Source: Lenisia limosa (lineage: Eukaryota; Protista; Breviatea). From it: 54,965 nt of DNA. Below the pieces are notes generated by a model. It was not told the DNA's origin. It made no database searches and saw only the letters and a program-made list of their open reading frames with translations. Of this stretch, positions 50,101 to 54,965 are shown one piece after another. The stretch lies in the NCBI GenBank assembly GCA_001655205.1, contig LPNZ01008506.1, forward strand, positions 1 to 54,965, in the 5' to 3' direction. The position numbers and the translations under genes are program-made. Each line of letters starts with the position of its first letter. Positions within the stretch are counted from its first letter, which is position 1.

Positions 50101-51156
50101 ATGGTGTTGTGACGTCTTTGGCAGAGTACAAGACTATCATCATCACACCTTTGGTTGGTTCACATAAATGTTCATTCGGTCCAACAATTGTTTTGTGCAT
50201 GTCTTTAATCACACAAGGAAACGAGAGTATCGTTCTTGGAGGGAGCCTTTGAGTTTTCAGCGCGGTACAGCACAGCATCAGTCAACGATGGTTGGAATTG
50301 TCTTTACAAGAGGCAAATCATTATTGAGCATTTTTCTGTTTCTTTGACATCCTGCTTATTCATCATCAAACTCCTTAAGCTATGACCTTTTACCTTATCA
50401 TTAACCACCATACAGACGGGTCAAGACCGGTGGACTTCTGTTCGTTTGTGCCGTCAGCACTGCTCGGCAAAGCATCCTTCCTCACTGCTGCCGTCCACCA
50501 CGCCGACCTCAACCGCCTGTGCTGCAGAGTCGTGTCGTCGAAAATGGTCCCTCTGGTAGGGCTTTCCTCCTGGCTATTGACTCTCTAGGTCCTGTCCCAA
50601 ATTGGCCTTGTCATCAGCCGCCTAACCGAAGCCTTCAAGGACCTCTGCGCTGTTGACACTCAGGTTTCTTCGGCTGTGGAGGACGACGGTACCCCCATTT
50701 TCACTGTGGAAGTCAAGCCCACACCGGGGTTGATATATCATGGTAGGGCCAAACTGATTTTGTGTCACCTCTCTATGATACGGTCCCAGCTTCAATATAG
50801 ACATTTACAGTAAATTGTTCCATCTTATTGAGTAGCGTCCTTTGTTTTGGACTGGAACTATCCGTTCCAGCCGCTCGAGCTTCGGACCATTACGGCGGTG
50901 TCCGGCGGCGTGGATAACGAGGCGGTGAAGGAGGTGCGTCCAAGGTTTACATTCTGAGTGCAAAGGAATATCGAAACTTGTGAGAATTTATCAAGAATTC
51001 AGGCTTTTTAAGAATTGAATTCAAGTTTATATGGTTCAAGTACCGTATTCTAAACACGTTATGTTGACATCTCAGGCGATTCTTGATACCAAGCCCGGGC
51101 CGGACCTCATAAATCGAACTATTCGGGCCATGTGCTCCACTTCAACTCATCTCTAG
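44173..51156 (+). CDS. KNL1: Divergent KNL1/Spc105 (CASC5)-like outer kinetochore scaffold protein
   Basis: Architecture: long S/P/T-rich disordered region with repeats and a literal MELT (46550-46561), then LLVAPNTRYTLEMCKRML, a coiled coil (ETLRVELRSTEQKMRSIERENTAL) and a C-terminus resembling the KNL1 tandem RWD (RVSFLEGAFEF; VPLVLSQIGLVISRL; FVLDWNYPFQPLELRTITAVSGGVDNEAVKEAILDTKPGPDLINRTIRAMC). Stop TAG at 51154-51156. Three N-gaps. Confidence 0.75.
45545..46315 (+). repeat. Coding tandem repeat, 285-bp (95-aa) unit, at least 3 copies, within the KNL1-like gene
   Basis: The MFEDDNVT/MFEDNNVT codons start at 45648, 45890 and 46175; the last two are exactly 285 bp apart. The copies are nearly identical at the nucleotide level. 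An N-gap (45672-45835) lies inside the array. Confidence 0.92.
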
Positions 51157-51317
51157 GTTGGTGTTGTTTGTAACCCCGGAATCCATTTGATTTTTTTAGA
51201 GAAGACCCCTCCCCCCTGTTATTTTACTTTGTACTTTAGCGTTTCTTGTTAGTATCTATGTACTCTATTTCACTGTCTACAACTTATCACGAATTTCATC
51301 AAAATAGTGACGGCGGT

Positions 51318-53136
51318 TTAACCTTTTGCTTTTGATGGGTCAGCGTCACAATAGATAGTCAAAGGCAATAGCTTCCACAGATGGAATTTTGTCCTAGACG
51401 AAATAAGTTTGATGAAAGGAAAAAGGGTTGCAATCATCTTTGAAAGGGATGTTCATTATTATAGCATAAAGAGGCACTTACCCCCAAGTTACCATTGTAA
51501 ACCCATCAGGGATTTCCAGGGACTGGCAGCGGAGTAAATACTCAACAACACGGGGATGCCTTTTTGCAAGTTTGAGAAGGGGAATTCGTGCTTCAAAGTC
51601 AAACTCATTCAAAGTTTAATACTGTGTAGTAAACGACATAATTCAAATCAGTTTGATCATCTTGGCAAGCAGACTTACAGAATGAAACATGATCCTCTGA
51701 TGGGTCGAGGCCGTTCTTGCATAAATACTCCACAATCTCCACCTTGTCATACCCAGCCACCCACTTCAATGCATTTCGGTTATCCTAATAATGGTGAGAG
51801 GCCTCTTTCCCTACATTATCCTGAGCTGTAAGATCAGCACCATGAAACTTCAAAAGCTGGACCATTTCAAGATTACAGTTTTTGGACATAACAGCCAAGA
51901 TGATGGGCGAAAACCCACCCTAAAGCCTTAGAAAACCAAGGTAAATATCTTACATCACACCTGCAATTTACGTCAGACCCTTGCAGGATTAGATATTCTG
52001 CAGTTTCAAGATGTTGATTCAAAACAGCCCGGGATAATGGAGTTCTCTTAAACTAAAAGGTCAAATAGCCATTTGAGACAAAAGAATTAGGGTCATTCAA
52101 TACCAATATTAATCGAGAATTTTAGGAAAACATTCTTTTTGGGAACGATATGACTAAAGCGTGGCACATCCTTCTCACCCCATCTTTGTGAGCAATATCA
52201 GCCCCGCAGTCCACAAGGCAGGCCACTGTTGGCAAATGGCCGAGTTGGGCCGCCTTGTTGAGGGCGGTCACATTTCCCTGAGAGAAGTTAAGATGTGTTT
52301 GAGGAGTGATTGCAATATGAATTGATGTATGGTGCAGATTTATGACATGAACCTCACAGTGACGTCGGCCTCAACATCATGACGGTACCCTTCTTCCAAA
52401 AATTGTAGGGTCCTCTCAGTATCTCCTATGATCGATTAAATGATGGGGTCAAGTGTTAGGTGTGGCGTTTGCAAAATAAATCGTTATCCCTTATAAACAT
52501 GATGGTACAGGCCCCTTTATTTACTTGTCATTCCATTGGACAATATGAAGTCACAAGATAGAACAATGCAAGAAATGTTAATTGATGAAGGCCCTTTTCT
52601 TTAATCTCACCTAATACGGCACTGTGAATTAGTGGCAGGTGCTACATACTAAGATTCATAACAGTTTTCCCCTTCACCCAAATCAGTGAAGCCAGCATAC
52701 ACTGAAGACGGCAGCGTTCATAAAGCGTACGCAATGTACCTGAGCTTCTTCAAGGAAGGTAATTGGTGGTGGTAGTGACTATGTGGAAAGTTGTTAAACG
52801 TGGAAAGGAATGTCAGGTTTGGAAGAGAGTTGGAGAGGTGGAGGGCAAACAAAGAGAAAATCGTGTGCAAATAAAAAACTACATACAAAAACAAACAAAT
52901 AGAGGAGAGGTAAGGAGAGAGAGCTTGGCCGGTGGATCAAAGTGTCCCCGGGACGGGCGATACTAATTTGGTGAAAAGTTTAATTTGGGAAGTAAAAACA
53001 ATAAAACTGTGTATATGAAAGAGTAAGGATAAACAGGTTTAAAGAAGAGAGGTATAGTCAATCGCAACTGATGGAACCGTTTTCCAGCTTCACGACTCTT
53101 TGGAGTCTTGTGAACCGCGCTTTTGCGCATCATCAT
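51318..53136 (-). CDS. Ankyrin-repeat protein, multi-exon
   Basis: LPLIHSAVLG|DTERTLQFLEEG, GNVTALNKAAQLGHLPTVACLVDCGADIAHKDG|RTPLSRAVLNQHLETAEYLILQGSDVNC|GGFSPIILAVMSKNCNLEMVQLLKFHGADLTAQDN|DNRNAL. Both ends are approximate. Confidence 0.8.
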
Positions 53137-53164
53137 GCAGTATTCGAACAAAATCAGAAACATA

Positions 53165-54965
53165 ATGGAGAGTAGGGCCTCTCAGGAAGTTCATTTATTT
53201 AATTTTTCCAGCTTCACCTCCGATGCGCTTACAAATGAAGTCATACAGGCGCTTGAGAAGCATAGATCATTAATTCTGAAGCCTCAGGACATTAAGGTGT
53301 GTATTTGTTGTTTTGTCTGTTGTAAAAGCTCACCTATAAGGTTCCCAACGCTGGCCCCAATGATAATACCCCAAGACTACATGAAGAGAGGATGTACTGC
53401 CTTCACATCCTTTTAAATTGTCTCAAAGGTTGGAGACGTTTCGCTAAATTGCGCAGCTATGCTTACAAATTGCGTAATATTGTATAGGTTGTGAAGATAT
53501 GAGCATTTCGCCCTTTTTTCGCCACTGCATTATCGAATTCGTTGACTCTCTGATGGGGAGCGGACTCATTGTCAATCTTGTTGAGGATTTCAAGGTGAGA
53601 AAACGCGAAATTGACCAGTTTTCGATAGGAACTGTGTTTCCCTCCCTTTGTCTTCACATTCTTTGTTATTTGTAGTTCATAAAGGAATCAACTGTCAGCT
53701 TGTCGCAAGATATTTAGAATTATCTGTAGTTGCTTCAATGCTATTTGGATTGGATGAGCATTGGCAAGTTAACGCAGTAGAACCTTTGTGGCATGACTCC
53801 TAGCACTCCTGCAGCCGTGCCGCTGAGAGATGCCGAGCGCTCCGTCGTGACTAACTGCATCTTTTTCGCTCTCTATTGGGTATGTTGGCTTGCCTGCGTG
53901 TAAGTTGCTGTGTTGGGCTATTTATGTTGTTTGTGGTTGCAAGCTTTTCATAGTGACGGCCTTAATTTTGGTTGAAACATGTGGTGAAGAGGGTATCTGT
54001 TGTTGTCACTTTGCAGCCACGCACCATGGTCAATCCCTCGGATCTCAAGTGCATCATCGAGGCCATCAAGGTGACGGGTTAACCGTTGAATTGACCTTGT
54101 TTTATTTCTCATTTCATATCGACATTATTCACTTGAGTTTTTTCAATTGTGAATTGCTGTTGTCATTTGAGCTCTTCTGCTCAATTTACTTGTGCTATTG
54201 GGAGAAATCAATATGCCTTCGACAAATATCGATAATTTTCAAGACATTTGGAAACGGAAGAGAAGTACTAGTTATCGTATAACCCCCACAGACAGTTGGT
54301 GACAAACCAGACGATTCCGTTGCAGCCGACTCTGCTGCCTCAATGGTTTGCCTTCTAATTAATATCTATGGCATAAGAAGCAAATGGTTCTGTATGGGGG
54401 GGGGGGCTATGATTAGCATCTTAGACTGTATTCTCTTGTTTTTGATAATGTGCTGCAAAACATTGTTTTCAATGATTTGACTCATTGATTAGGCGCTGAC
54501 AGTGTTGTGTTTGACATTCATGGTTGCTTCAGCCAACATCAGCAGGAAGCCAAAGACGGGCGAACAGATCGAGTGGGCTGAGATCTAAGATCCTAACACC
54601 AACGTCTCTTGTTTACCTCTGTAGCACCCCCCTCAAGGACCGCACGTTTGTGGAACAGATTTCAGCCAGTGTCGGCTCAGGCTGGTTCAACTCTTCCCTT
54701 CGGGGCTTCCTTGCTCTGGTGAGTACAATGAAATGCGAAACATGATAGACCCTCTTGCAAGCGTTTTTGAGAAACAAATTCATTACATAGAGTGTTGGGA
54801 TGCAACACTTTACATAGAGATAACGCAAACCTAAATTACAGTTTCATGTTTGCGCTACTTGCTTCGTGGTTCATATCCCATATTATCTAATATGGAGGCA
54901 CACAGAAAGCTGTCTACAGGCAAATGATTGGGAATTAATATTATACTATCATCCAATATCTCTTA
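53165..54965 (+). CDS. 5' part of a hypothetical alpha-helical protein; continues beyond the window
   Basis: GT-AG bounded exons: DALTNEVIQALEKHRSLILKPQDIK, LHEERMYCLHILLNCLK, FFRHCIIEFVDSLMGSGLIVNLVEDFK, PSDLKCIIEAIK, QISASVGSGWFNSSLRGFLAL|. The start codon is uncertain. Confidence 0.6.
54894..54965 (+). repeat. Family E repeat, copy 5, cut by the window end
   Basis: GGAGGCACACAGAAAG...GGCAAATGATTGGGAATTAATATTATACTATCATCCAATATCTCTTA matches the left parts of copies 3 and 4. Confidence 0.75.

Noticed and set aside
50219-50240. RVSF in the KNL1-like protein as the PP1-binding motif
   Set aside because: It lies in the predicted first RWD beta-strand near the C-terminus, not in the disordered N-terminus where the functional RVSF occurs.
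52426-52515. Non-canonical GA-AG intron plus a small exon (GLYHHVYKG) in the ankyrin gene
   Set aside because: A canonical GT-AG intron that skips this segment gives a better ankyrin repeat (PLIHSAVLG|DTERTLQFL).

Overview
Gene-dense, intron-rich nuclear DNA from an unidentified flagellated microbial eukaryote. The genetic code is standard (TAA, TAG and TGA all end hand-built gene models). It is a draft scaffold with 12 N-gaps, several of them next to G/C homopolymers. By manual splicing I support about 16 multi-exon genes with GT-AG introns of roughly 30-480 nt, mostly in head-to-head or tail-to-tail pairs. Recognisable genes are IFT56/TTC26, ARF1, eIF2B-delta, a 4x CCHC zinc-knuckle protein (Air1/2-like), NAD-dependent glycerol-3-phosphate dehydrogenase, an ODR-4-like membrane protein, an RNI-like LRR protein, a ZIFL-type MFS transporter, an ankyrin-repeat protein and a very divergent KNL1/Spc105-like kinetochore scaffold. 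Several others are hypothetical. At least four families of short TIR elements (MITE-like) and one variably truncated SINE-like repeat are present, mostly in introns. The most notable observations are: (1) the KNL1 candidate has one canonical MELT motif and a recently amplified 95-aa repeat carrying Met-less MELT-like variants; (2) an intron splits the GPD start codon; (3) introns carry G-runs near 5' ends and C-runs near 3' ends; (4) one SINE-like copy has a 15-bp target-site duplication. All exon structures were inferred by eye without transcript data, and homology calls rest on remembered family motifs, not database searches. No rRNA, tRNA or CRISPR features were recognised.
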